Part shown: in pieces, positions 1 through 9,489 of the stretch
Position numbering within the stretch: the first letter of the stretch is position 1
Layout: each line of letters begins with the position of its first letter
Source: Arcobacteraceae bacterium
GTDB taxonomy: Bacteria > Campylobacterota > Campylobacteria > Campylobacterales > Arcobacteraceae
DNA: 64,000 bases
Assembly: GCA_048268245.1 (NCBI GenBank)
Contig: JBLWVX010000008.1
Span: 17,127 to 81,126 of the forward strand
Reading direction: 5' to 3'
Translations under genes and position numbers: made by a program
The notes under the pieces: model-generated
The model's input: only the letters and a program-made list of their open reading frames with translations
What the model was told of the DNA's origin: nothing
Database searches by the model: none

Positions 1-551
1 TCAAAATATAAAAATCTTAAATTCTCAGGAAATAAAGAGGGAAAAAATACGACAAATGTCGAATAAAAATAAGCAGCACTTGTACCTAAAGCTACCAATA
101 CATTCATATCATAGTTATTATTTTTCACAGACTTATAAGAGAGTTTATAAAATCTAGCTCCTGTATAAAACTGAACTATTGTAGCTATTAAAAATATTAA
201 ATAATTATTTGTAGGTTCATTAAATAAACTTGAAAAAGCAATGATAAATATAAGGATAGTTAAAGATATAGATATAAAAAAGAGTTTTCTTAATTTTTTA
301 AAAGCTATTAACTGTTCTTTTTCTAAGGCTTGAAGATTTTCCTCTACTTTATATCCAAGATCTTGTATTGAATTAATTAGTTTATTTTCATCAAATTTAT
401 TTTCATCAATCTCGAAGTAACCTTGGGAAGAAGCAAAACTTACCTTAGAAGAAATGACACCTTCTTGTTTATTTAAAAATTTTTCTATTCCATTAGAACA
501 ATTTACACATGTCATTCCTAAAATATTCAAATTTACTTTTTTTTTAGACAT
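1..551 (-). CDS. copA: Heavy-metal (Cu+) translocating P1B-type ATPase, N-terminal part (runs off window start)
   Basis: Own translation from ATG 551: MSKKKVNLNILGMTCVNCSNGIEKFL (GMTCxxC HMA motif), then TM segments and YDMNVLVALGTSAAYFYS, typical of Cu-ATPases. Confidence 0.9.
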   Translation of the reverse strand, partial: MSKKKVNLNILGMTCVNCSNGIEKFLNKQEGVISSKVSFASSQGYFEIDENKFDENKLINSIQDLGYKVEENLQALEKEQLIAFKKLRKLFFISISLTILIFIIAFSSLFNEPTNNYLIFLIATIVQFYTGARFYKLSYKSVKNNNYDMNVLVALGTSAAYFYSTFVVFFPSLFPENLRFLYF

Positions 552-579
552 CTTATATCCTTATTAATTTCAATATTTG

Positions 580-783
580 TTATTCTATAATTTCAAAATC
601 TAATTCTTTCATTTCTTTTTTAAAAACCTCTTCTTGATTTTTATTTTCGATGTTCACAGAAACCTCTCTAGGTTCAACTTCTAAATTAACTTCTATTTCT
701 CCAAAATTATTTTTTAAAGTACTTTTAATTAAATTAGCACAATTATTACATGAAATATTTCTTGCTTTATATATTTTTTTCAT
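580..783 (-). CDS. HMA-domain copper chaperone (CopZ-like)
   Basis: 67 aa, ISCNNC CxxC motif, AAAGGA RBS, directly upstream of the Cu-ATPase. Confidence 0.8.
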   Translation of the reverse strand: MKKIYKARNISCNNCANLIKSTLKNNFGEIEVNLEVEPREVSVNIENKNQEEVFKKEMKELDFEIIE

Positions 784-799
784 TTAAAATCCTTTCATT

Positions 800-825
800 A
801 TCATGTCTCTTAATTGAGACATGAT
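800..825. terminator. 10-bp perfect inverted repeat between the small secreted protein and copZ (terminator, mRNA stabiliser or operator)
   Basis: ATCATGTCTC-ttaatt-GAGACATGAT. Confidence 0.5.
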
Positions 826-833
826 TAATTTAT

Positions 834-1037
834 TTATCTATCTAAATTATCATCTGGATAGATTGTATCTAATACACTTTGAGGAATTAAAGATTTTTCA
901 ACTTTCTTACTTTCACTTTTATGAAATTCTTTATGCATATTCATACATTTTTCTTTGCTCATATTATGACTATCATTTGCATATAAACTTCCTGCTACTA
1001 AACCTAAAGCTAAAACTGATAATACTAACTTTTTCAT
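834..1037 (-). CDS. Small secreted His/Met-rich protein, first gene of the copper locus
   Basis: Signal peptide MKKLVLSVLALGLVAGSLYA, then DSHNMSKEKCMNMHKEFH; AAAGGA RBS. Confidence 0.75.
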   Translation of the reverse strand: MKKLVLSVLALGLVAGSLYANDSHNMSKEKCMNMHKEFHKSESKKVEKSLIPQSVLDTIYPDDNLDR

Positions 1038-1066
1038 TATTTGTCCTTTATTTTTTGATTTAACGT

Positions 1067-1099
1067 ATTATAAATAACAAAGATGGAAGCAATGTGGAA
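1067..1099 (-). promoter_or_regulatory. Copper-locus promoter with OmpR-type direct-repeat box
   Basis: Minus strand TTCCAC-attgc-TTCCAT-N10-TATAAT (11-bp period). Confidence 0.55.
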
Positions 1100-1223
1100 T
1101 ATTAATCATAATTTTAAAAAAAAATAAATTATTTTTTTAGATTTATTTGTTTTATAACAATATTTATAACTAAAACAAGGGTTTTTATTGGTATAATTTA
1201 ACATAATGCAAGAAAGGATTAAT

Positions 1224-3635
1224 ATGGAAAAGAAATCTAGCTTTGGTAAAAAGCTTTTACTTCAAGTTTTAGGTGCAACAATACTTGTTTTTTCAATTAC
1301 AATGTATTTTGTATCAAGCTATTCATATAAAACATCACAACAAGATGCAGAAAAATACTTACAAGAACTGTCAGGTAAACATGCAGAAAGTATTAAAGGT
1401 CAAATTGAGCAATCAATTACTGTTACAAGAGGTTTAGCTTCAAAATTTGAACAAGCAATCAATCATGATACAAGAATGAATGAAGAAGAAACTATTGAGT
1501 ATTTCAAATCTATTTTAAATTACAATAAAAGTATTATTGGGGTTTGGTTTAAAGTCAAAGAAAAAGGACAATTCTTTGATGTTTTACCAGAAGGTCAAAC
1601 AAAACAAGGTTATGATAAAACAGGTCAATTTAATCCTTATGTAGTTAGATCAAAAGATTCTTATGCAGTTGATACAGGTTCAGTTTATAACGATGATTTA
1701 GAATGGATTAGAGGTCCTAGAGAAGCTGGTAAAACTTTTATCACTAAACCATATAAATATCCTGTTGATGGAGTAGAAGTTCTTATGACAACTATTGCTT
1801 TACCTATGTATAAAGATGGTGTATTCTTAGGAACTATTGGTGTTGATATTGTACTTGACACTTTTGCAAAAATGTCAAACTCTATAAAAGTTTTTGATAC
1901 AGGATATACATTTTTACTTGATAATTATGGAATTATGTTAGGACATGGAAATAAAGATTATTTAGGAAAAGATATATTAGATATTACTAATAATTCTCAA
2001 GACTATATAAATTTATTAGAAAACTCAAAACAAAACAAATCATACTCATTTACAAAAGTATCTGAAAATACTGGAAATGAATCTTTTTACTACTCTACAC
2101 CTTTTGAATTAAAAGGAACTGGTAAGTATTGGAACTTTGTTGTAATGGCACCAACGACTGAGTATTTAGGAAATGCTATTTTTATTAGAGATTTCTCAAT
2201 AATTGCAAGTATAATTGGTCTTATTTTAATAGCTGGGGTTATTTATCTATCTGTTAGAAAATTAAATACAAATCTAAGTAGTATTTCAATTGGGCTTGAA
2301 GGTTTCTTCAAATACTTAAATAAAGAATCAACTACTACAAATGAAATTACTATAAAAAGTAATGATGAATTTGGTGTAATGGCTTATTCAATCAATACAA
2401 ATATTGAAAAAATTAAAGCAAACATTGAACAAGACAATTCATTAATTGAAAATGTAAAAACTGTTGTAAATACTGTAAGTCAAGGTTATTTAGATAAAAG
2501 AATTATAAACTCAACGACTACAGAATCATTAAATGAATTAAAAGAGCTTTTAAACTCTATGCTTGATACACTTGAAAGCCTTGTTGGTCAAGATTTAAAT
2601 AAAATCAGTGATGTATTAGGAAGTTATACAAATAGAGACTTTACAGCTAAACTTAACTCTTCAAACTGTGGTAAGATTGGTAATGAAATTATTGAAATGA
2701 ATAGAATGATAACAGGAATGCTACAAGATAGTGAAGAAGATGGTATCTCATTACAAAATAGTTCAACTGAATTAACTCAAAATGTAAGAACATTAAGTAA
2801 CAATGCAACTTCACAAGCAAGTTCACTTGAACAAACAGCTGCTTCTATTGATGAAATTACTAGTAATATTGAACAAACTAATCAAAAAGCTCAACAAATG
2901 CTTAGTATCTCAAATGAAACAAAATCATCTGCAGCTGAGGGACAAAATCTAGCAAACCAAACTGTAAAATCAATGGATGAAATAAATGACACAGTTGTTG
3001 CCATCAACGATGCTATTTCTGTTATTGATCAAATTGCATTCCAAACAAATATCCTTTCACTTAATGCGGCTGTAGAAGCTGCAACTGCAGGTGAAGCAGG
3101 TAAAGGGTTTGCTGTTGTTGCACAAGAAGTAAGAAACCTTGCAAGTAGATCAGCTGAAGCTGCTAAAGAGATTAAAGATTTAGTTGAAACAGCTACTATA
3201 AAAGCAAATACTGGGAAAAGAATAAGTAGTAAAATGATTGAAGGGTTTAATCAACTAGATGAAAAGATTGTAGAAACAAGTAAACTAATTGATGATGTTA
3301 CACATGCAGCAAATGAGCAAACAATAGGTATGACTCAAATTGCTGATGCAGTAGGACAATTAGATCAATTTACACAACAAAATGCTGCAATTGCGGATAA
3401 AACAAACTCTATTGCTCAAGAAACAAATACAATTGCTCAAGAAGTAGTTGAAGCTGTAAATAAAAACAATTTTGATGGAAAAGGCACAGCTAAAGTAAAA
3501 CAACCTATTTTTGACTCATCAGCCATTGAAATAAAAGAAGTAAAACCAATTAAGGTTAAAAAAACTACTCCTTCAAATAATACAACAATAAAAAGTAATA
3601 CAAATAGTTCAGATGATGAATGGGAAAGTTTCTAA
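1224..3635 (+). CDS. Methyl-accepting chemotaxis protein with periplasmic Cache sensor
   Basis: Two TM helices, Cache-like YKYPVDG region, signalling motif [31 protein letters not shown]-terminal EWESF CheR-docking pentapeptide; ATG 1224 follows AAAGGA (ORF open from 1206). Confidence 0.95.
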   Translation: MEKKSSFGKKLLLQVLGATILVFSITMYFVSSYSYKTSQQDAEKYLQELSGKHAESIKGQIEQSITVTRGLASKFEQAINHDTRMNEEETIEYFKSILNYNKSIIGVWFKVKEKGQFFDVLPEGQTKQGYDKTGQFNPYVVRSKDSYAVDTGSVYNDDLEWIRGPREAGKTFITKPYKYPVDGVEVLMTTIALPMYKDGVFLGTIGVDIVLDTFAKMSNSIKVFDTGYTFLLDNYGIMLGHGNKDYLGKDILDITNNSQDYINLLENSKQNKSYSFTKVSENTGNESFYYSTPFELKGTGKYWNFVVMAPTTEYLGNAIFIRDFSIIASIIGLILIAGVIYLSVRKLNTNLSSISIGLEGFFKYLNKESTTTNEITIKSNDEFGVMAYSINTNIEKIKANIEQDNSLIENVKTVVNTVSQGYLDKRIINSTTTESLNELKELLNSMLDTLESLVGQDLNKISDVLGSYTNRDFTAKLNSSNCGKIGNEIIEMNRMITGMLQDSEEDGISLQNSSTELTQNVRTLSNNATSQASSLEQTAASIDEITSNIEQTNQKAQQMLSISNETKSSAAEGQNLANQTVKSMDEINDTVVAINDAISVIDQIAFQTNILSLNAAVEAATAGEAGKGFAVVAQEVRNLASRSAEAAKEIKDLVETATIKANTGKRISSKMIEGFNQLDEKIVETSKLIDDVTHAANEQTIGMTQIADAVGQLDQFTQQNAAIADKTNSIAQETNTIAQEVVEAVNKNNFDGKGTAKVKQPIFDSSAIEIKEVKPIKVKKTTPSNNTTIKSNTNSSDDEWESF

Positions 3636-3638
3636 AAT

Positions 3639-3675
3639 AAAAAAGCCTTAGATACAATCTATCTAAGGCTTTTTT
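3639..3675. terminator. Bidirectional intrinsic terminator
   Basis: AAAAAAGCCTTAGATA-caatc-TATCTAAGGCTTTTTT between convergent genes. Confidence 0.85.
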
Positions 3676-3694
3676 ATATAGTAAGAAAAAGTGA

Positions 3695-3961
3695 CTAGTA
3701 TTGTCTTCTAGGTCTTTCTTCTCTTGGCTTAGCTTCATTAACTCTTAAAGTTCTACCTTGACAATCATTACCATTTAATGCTTCAATTGCTTCACTTCCA
3801 GCTTGTGCTGTTTGCATTTCAACGAAACCAAAACCTTTTGATCTTCCAGTTTCTCTATCCATGATAACTTTTGCACTTTTTACTTCGCCAAATTTAGCAA
3901 AAACTTCTTCTAAATCCTTATCTGCCATTTGGTATGACAGATTTCCAACATAAATGTTCAT
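3695..3961 (-). CDS. RRM (RNP) RNA-binding protein
   Basis: IYVGNL (RNP2) and KGFGFVEM (RNP1). Confidence 0.95.
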   Translation of the reverse strand: MNIYVGNLSYQMADKDLEEVFAKFGEVKSAKVIMDRETGRSKGFGFVEMQTAQAGSEAIEALNGNDCQGRTLRVNEAKPREERPRRQY

Positions 3962-4029
3962 CTTAATTCTTCCTTTATTTAAGTATAAACATTATGCCCT
4001 ATTATGAAATAATAATCAAGTAAAGAGAA

Positions 4030-5439
4030 CTACTCTTTTCCAAAATTTTGTGCTATTGCATTGTTTATTCTAGTTTTTACTTCATCAAATCCTAAAATTG
4101 CCATAATATCATATACAGAAGGAGCTTGTGTACCACCTGTTAAAGCAATTCTAATTGGTTGGAATAATTGAGGGAACTTTAAACCATTCTCTTCTATATA
4201 AGGTTTTGTTACAAGTTCATAATCAGGTGCTACATGTAAACTATCTTTATTTGCTTCTAATAAAGCTAAATAGTTTTCTAACATCTCAATTGTTCCCTCT
4301 TTTACAAACTTCTTAGAACCTTTTGCTTCATAAGATGAAGGAACTTGTACAATTTTATCAATTGCTTCTTTTAACTCAATCAAAGTTTGAGCTCTCTCTT
4401 TTGATAAGTCTAATAGCATCTCTTTCTTATCATGACCTTCTAAATTACATCCAAAGTACTCTAATTCTTTTGCTAATCTATCATTTGATACGTTTTTAAT
4501 ATAATGAGCATTTAACCATAAAAGTTTTTCTGCATTATATGCTGATGCTGATTTATTAATATTATTGGGATCAAATAGTTCTAACATTTCATCCATAGAG
4601 AAAATTTCTTGATCTCCATTTGACCATCCAAGTCTAACTAAAAAGTTTAGTAGTGCTTCTGGTAAATATCCATCTTCTTTATACTGCATAACATCCATAG
4701 CACCATCTCTTTTTGATAGTTTCTTACCTTGAGGGTTATTAATCATTGGCATATGATAAAATTTTGGTACATCAAAACCTAAAGCATTATAAATTACGAT
4801 TTGTTTTGGAGTATTTGATACATGGTCATCACCTCTTAATACATCACTTATTCCCATCAAGTGATCATCAATAGCAACAACAAAGTTATAAATAGGCATA
4901 CCATTACTTCTTGCAATTACAAAATCATCAACTTGAGAGGCATCAAAACTCATCTTTCCTTTTACACCGTCTTCAAATTCAATTTTTCCCTCTGTAGGAG
5001 CTTTAATTCTAATAACTGGTTCTACATCAGCAGGAATTTCAGGTAATACTTTACCTTCTTCTGGTCTCCATGTTCCATCATATCTAGGATTTTGCTTAGC
5101 TGCTTCTTGTTTTGCTCGCAAGGCATCTAGCTCATCTCTACTCATATAACATTTATATGCTTTACCCTCTTCTAATAATTGAGCGATATATTTTTTGTAA
5201 ATATCTATTCTTTTTGATTGATACTCTATTTCACAGTCACTTGGCATTCCAACCCACTCAAAAGCTTCTAAAATAGCTCTTACTGCATCTTCATTATTTC
5301 TTGCATTATCTGTATCTTCAATTCTTAATTTAAACTCACCACCAGTTTTTTTAGCCCATAAATAGCTATATAAAGCTGTTCTTAGACCTCCAATATGTAA
5401 ATATCCTGTTGGGCTTGGTGCAAATCTTGTAATTGCCAT
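4030..5439 (-). CDS. gltX: Glutamate--tRNA ligase
   Basis: RFAPSPTGYLHIGG and KLSKR class I motifs. Confidence 0.97.
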   Translation of the reverse strand: MAITRFAPSPTGYLHIGGLRTALYSYLWAKKTGGEFKLRIEDTDNARNNEDAVRAILEAFEWVGMPSDCEIEYQSKRIDIYKKYIAQLLEEGKAYKCYMSRDELDALRAKQEAAKQNPRYDGTWRPEEGKVLPEIPADVEPVIRIKAPTEGKIEFEDGVKGKMSFDASQVDDFVIARSNGMPIYNFVVAIDDHLMGISDVLRGDDHVSNTPKQIVIYNALGFDVPKFYHMPMINNPQGKKLSKRDGAMDVMQYKEDGYLPEALLNFLVRLGWSNGDQEIFSMDEMLELFDPNNINKSASAYNAEKLLWLNAHYIKNVSNDRLAKELEYFGCNLEGHDKKEMLLDLSKERAQTLIELKEAIDKIVQVPSSYEAKGSKKFVKEGTIEMLENYLALLEANKDSLHVAPDYELVTKPYIEENGLKFPQLFQPIRIALTGGTQAPSVYDIMAILGFDEVKTRINNAIAQNFGKE

Positions 5440-5445
5440 TTTAAA

Positions 5446-5553
5446 TTAATTCTCCTCTTCTTTATCTTCTTTATTACTTATATAAAAACCTATTGCTGAA
5501 ACTACTACCACTACTACTATAAAAGTTAAAAGTGCTATCTCAAGTGTTGCCAT
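5446..5553 (-). CDS. Unannotated 35-aa single-pass membrane protein
   Basis: MATLEIALLTFIVVVVVVSAIGFYISNKEDKEEEN*; AAGGA RBS within the rlmN 3' end; fills the rlmN-gltX gap. Confidence 0.7.
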   Translation of the reverse strand: MATLEIALLTFIVVVVVVSAIGFYISNKEDKEEEN

Positions 5554-6622
5554 TTGTTTCCTTTTCTTTTAACTGCCCACATGCAGCTGAAATATCAAGC
5601 CCCTTTGACTCTCTTATAGTACAAATAAGTCCCCTATCGTTTAAAAAGTCTTTGAATTTTATCATATCTTTTTCTTCTGGTCGCTGATATGTAGTTCCTG
5701 GATATGGATTAAAGTAAATTAAATTTACTTTTGCATGAATTCCATTTAATAAAACAAGTAGTTTTCTTGCTGCTTCAATAGAATCATTTTTACCTTTTAT
5801 TACAAGATATTCAAACATAACTTTTTTTCTTGTATCAACTGGGAATTTTTTAACTGCATCAATAATTGAAGCAATATTATAAGCTTTATTCATAGGAATA
5901 AGTTCACTTCTTAAGTCATCATCAACAGCATGTAAAGAAATAGCAAGTTGTATTCCTAAATCTTTTTCACCAAGTTTTTCAATTTTTGAAGCAATCCCTG
6001 ATGTTGAAACTGTTTGTCTTCTTCTATTTATAGATAAACCATCTTCTTCTGAGAATATTTCAACAGCTTTAGTAAAGTTATTGAAATTATCAAGAGGTTC
6101 ACCCATTCCCATATATACTATGTTTAAAGACTTATTTTCAGGAATATCATTATCTCTTTTGATATTTACAATTTGAGCTATATACTCTCCAACAGTAAGG
6201 TTTCTTACAAATCCACCTTTAGCTGTAAGACAGAAAGTACACCCTACTTTACATCCTACTTGTGAAGAAATACAAACTGTATACTGCTCACTTCTTTGGA
6301 TATTTCCATCTTCATCAATTTTTTTCTTTTTCATTAAAAGAAGTACAGCCTCAACTGTATGACCATCTCTTAATTTAAATAGATATTTAATACTTCCATC
6401 TCTACTTTGTTCTTTTTTTACAATTTCCATAATATCTATTGGATATTCATTTTGTAATGTTTGCTTTAAGTCATTAGGAATATTTTTCATTTCATCATAT
6501 GATGAAGCATAGTTTTTATATAACCAGTTATATACTTGTTTTGCTCTAAATGCTGGTTTTAAAGTCTCTTTTAATTCATCTAAAGTAAAGTCATATATAG
6601 ATGGTTCTGCAAATTTTGACAT
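5540..6622 (-). CDS. rlmN: 23S rRNA/tRNA m2A methyltransferase (radical SAM)
   Basis: CISSQVGCKVGCTFC, MGMGEPL, AACGQL. Confidence 0.97.
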   Translation of the reverse strand: MSKFAEPSIYDFTLDELKETLKPAFRAKQVYNWLYKNYASSYDEMKNIPNDLKQTLQNEYPIDIMEIVKKEQSRDGSIKYLFKLRDGHTVEAVLLLMKKKKIDEDGNIQRSEQYTVCISSQVGCKVGCTFCLTAKGGFVRNLTVGEYIAQIVNIKRDNDIPENKSLNIVYMGMGEPLDNFNNFTKAVEIFSEEDGLSINRRRQTVSTSGIASKIEKLGEKDLGIQLAISLHAVDDDLRSELIPMNKAYNIASIIDAVKKFPVDTRKKVMFEYLVIKGKNDSIEAARKLLVLLNGIHAKVNLIYFNPYPGTTYQRPEEKDMIKFKDFLNDRGLICTIRESKGLDISAACGQLKEKETNGNT

Positions 6623-6633
6623 ATTTTCTACTC

Positions 6634-7170
6634 TTATTTTATAATTTGTTTTTCTACTAAATAATTAGTTAATTTTTCCATTGCTACCTTATGATTTTTC
6701 ATAAAGTCTTCATGGGCATTTTTATCTGTAAAGTTAGTAACTGCAAAGATACCAGCAACAGGGATTTCAAACTGCTTTGCAACTTGAAGTACAGAGAAGT
6801 ACTCCATGTTTTCAATACCAATACCATACTCTTTAAAGTTTTTTGTAAGTTCACTGTTTGTTGAAATATAGTTTGATGAGTTCACAATAGTATCATTTCT
6901 AGCAAACTTATTTTCTGATTCTAAAACATTATCTAAAGGAGTGTATGAACTATTTGTTAAAAAACTTAGTTCAATATTTGAAGCTCTTTTAGATTCAACT
7001 ATATCAAATATTTTATGCTCACCATACGAACCTGCACTTCCTATAAATAGTAAAAAATCAGGCTTATCAAATAAACATTGTCTTGTAAGATTTATAGCAG
7101 ACTCTACAAGCCCTACTCCAATTGGTGTTGCAAAAGGAAATACTTCATTTCTTCCAGCACATATAATCAT
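6634..7170 (-). CDS. Purine nucleoside phosphorylase/nucleosidase-family protein
   Basis: IGVG, FIGSAGSY, ENMEYFSV and VTN motifs of the PNP_UDP fold. Confidence 0.7.
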   Translation of the reverse strand: MIICAGRNEVFPFATPIGVGLVESAINLTRQCLFDKPDFLLFIGSAGSYGEHKIFDIVESKRASNIELSFLTNSSYTPLDNVLESENKFARNDTIVNSSNYISTNSELTKNFKEYGIGIENMEYFSVLQVAKQFEIPVAGIFAVTNFTDKNAHEDFMKNHKVAMEKLTNYLVEKQIIK

Positions 7171-7857
7171 TTATTTACACTCCATTAAAAAGTTTGGGTT
7201 TAAAGAAATAGTTTTATCACTATTTACAGGGGCTAAATCTGAAGCAGCTTTTGCACTCATTGGCATAGCTTCACTTCTTAAAAAATTGTTTCTAGAAATA
7301 TTGTTTATATTAATATTCTTTACTTCACAGTTTTTTAAAAGTTTTGTACTTAAAGTTTTACTATATTTACTTGCCCAAGTAATAACTTCTATTCTTAATA
7401 AATCAACTGATTTTTCATATAACTCTTCACTTATTTTCCAAGATAAGTTTGAAATATTTACTTTTACTTTTCTTGTATCAACTCTTTTCTTTAAAGCGAT
7501 TAAGTCCTCAATAAATTTATTGATTTTTTTAGCATCAGTTGATTGAATTTCATACCTTAAAGTTCCCACATACCCCATAAACTCTTGTTTATTTTTATAG
7601 TATCTATATTTTGGGTTTAAAATATATGAACCATTTTTCTTAATAACACTATCATTATCTTTTATAAAATTGTTAAATCTATCTATATTATTATTTATAA
7701 AGTTTTCATCATCCCCTTCAACATTTACAGAAATAAATGTCTTTAACACATCAGGAGTTACTACACTTGAAAACTTTTTATTAAAACTTATATCATATGC
7801 AAATAATTGTAATGGTAATAAAGTAAATATTGCTATTATCATCATTTTTCTTATCAT
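7171..7857 (-). CDS. Periplasmic SIMPL/DUF541-like protein
   Basis: Signal peptide; PD...PKY...GY pattern and C-terminal beta-strand typical of SIMPL proteins. Confidence 0.6.
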   Translation of the reverse strand: MIRKMMIIAIFTLLPLQLFAYDISFNKKFSSVVTPDVLKTFISVNVEGDDENFINNNIDRFNNFIKDNDSVIKKNGSYILNPKYRYYKNKQEFMGYVGTLRYEIQSTDAKKINKFIEDLIALKKRVDTRKVKVNISNLSWKISEELYEKSVDLLRIEVITWASKYSKTLSTKLLKNCEVKNININNISRNNFLRSEAMPMSAKAASDLAPVNSDKTISLNPNFLMECK

Positions 7858-7859
7858 AA

Positions 7860-8621
7860 TTAAATCCTTACGGGAATATTGTTATCTCTTAAATATCTTT
7901 TTAAATCCATAATATCAATCTCTTTGAAATGGAAAATTGATGCAGCTAATGCAGCACTTGCTCCATGATCAAAAGCCTCTTTCATATGCTCCATAGTTCC
8001 AGCTCCACCACTTGCAATAACAGGAATATCAACTAATGATGATACTTGCTCTGTAATATTAAGCTCAAAGCCTGTTTTAGCTCCATCTGTGTCCATAGAA
8101 GTTAATAGGATTTCACCAGCTCCTCTATCGTAAACCTCTTTAGCCCATTGCAATGCGTCAATTCCAGTATCTTCTCTACCACCTTTTACAAAAACATGGT
8201 AAGAGCCATCTTCTACTTTCTTAACATCTATTGCAACTACAATACACTGAGAACCGAATCTCTTTGCACCTTCATTGATAAAATCAGGGTTTGTAACAGC
8301 TGAAGAGTTGATTGAAACTTTATCACAACCAACATTTAAAAGTTTATAAATATCATCTAGTTTTCTAATCCCACCACCAACTGTTAAGGGAATAAAAACC
8401 TCTTTTGCTACTTCTTTTACTATATCAACTATAGTTCCTCTATTTTCATGACTTGCTGTAATATCTAAAAATGTAATCTCATCAGCACCTTCATTGTTGT
8501 ACCTTTTAGCTACTTCTACAGGATCACCCGCATCTCTTAAACCTACAAAGTTTACACCTTTTACTACTCTTCCGTTATCAACATCCAAACATGGTATTAT
8601 TCTTTTTGCAAAATTACTCAA
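7860..8621 (-). CDS. hisF: Imidazole glycerol phosphate synthase cyclase subunit
   Basis: [28 protein letters not shown]; likely start TTG 8621 after AAGGAA (the ORF-track extension to 8783 overlaps rsmA). Confidence 0.97.
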   Translation of the reverse strand: MSNFAKRIIPCLDVDNGRVVKGVNFVGLRDAGDPVEVAKRYNNEGADEITFLDITASHENRGTIVDIVKEVAKEVFIPLTVGGGIRKLDDIYKLLNVGCDKVSINSSAVTNPDFINEGAKRFGSQCIVVAIDVKKVEDGSYHVFVKGGREDTGIDALQWAKEVYDRGAGEILLTSMDTDGAKTGFELNITEQVSSLVDIPVIASGGAGTMEHMKEAFDHGASAALAASIFHFKEIDIMDLKRYLRDNNIPVRI

Positions 8622-8694
8622 ATAAATTCCTTTACTATAACTAGTAATTATCTTATCTAATTGTAAGTTAAAAACAGATATACTCTTCGGAATA

Positions 8695-9489
8695 ATGGAA
8701 AAAGTAAAAGCAAAGAAAAAATACGGACAAAATTTTTTAATAGATTCATCGATTTTAGGAAAGATCATCCAATCGATGCCCAATAACAGTAATCACGTTG
8801 TAGAAATTGGGCCTGGATTAGGTGATTTGACTAAATACTTAGTCAAGTACAAAGATACAACTGCTTATGAAGTAGATACCGATCTAATTGGTATTTTAGA
8901 ATCGAAATTTAAAGAGCAAATAGAGCAGGGGAAACTAAAACTGATCCACACTGACGTTTTAGAGGCTTGGGATAAGCAAGGAACCCTGTATGATGGTAAA
9001 TATGACATGATTGCAAACTTGCCATACTATATTGCAACAAATATTATATTAAGAGCGTTAGAAGATAACAACTGTGAACATATCATGGTAATGATTCAAA
9101 AAGAGGTTGCTTTAAAATTTACTTCAAAAGTAAATGATAAAGAGTACTCATCTTTAGGGATTATAAGCGAGCTTTTATCAATTGAGTCAAGGATACTATT
9201 TGATGTACCTCCTGAATCATTTGATCCTCCACCAAAAGTTATGTCTTCTATACTTTATATAAAAAAAGATATGAGTAAATCTATTGATAAGGAATTTAAA
9301 AAGTTTTTAAAATCTTGTTTTACACAACCAAGAAAAAAGCTTTCAAAAAACCTATCATCAGTATTTGACAAACAAACTCTGTCTTCTATATATGAAGAGC
9401 TAGAAATAGATTCTAATATAAGACCTCATGAAGTTAGTTCATCTTTGTATAGCCAAATGTATACAAAGGTTAAAAATGGAAGAGACTAA
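8695..9489 (+). CDS. rsmA: 16S rRNA m6(2)A dimethyltransferase
   Basis: [25 protein letters not shown]. Confidence 0.96.
   Translation: MEKVKAKKKYGQNFLIDSSILGKIIQSMPNNSNHVVEIGPGLGDLTKYLVKYKDTTAYEVDTDLIGILESKFKEQIEQGKLKLIHTDVLEAWDKQGTLYDGKYDMIANLPYYIATNIILRALEDNNCEHIMVMIQKEVALKFTSKVNDKEYSSLGIISELLSIESRILFDVPPESFDPPPKVMSSILYIKKDMSKSIDKEFKKFLKSCFTQPRKKLSKNLSSVFDKQTLSSIYEELEIDSNIRPHEVSSSLYSQMYTKVKNGRD

Noticed and set aside
8622..8783. N-terminal extension of HisF in the ORF track
   Set aside because: Overlaps the divergent rsmA; the RBS supports TTG at 8621
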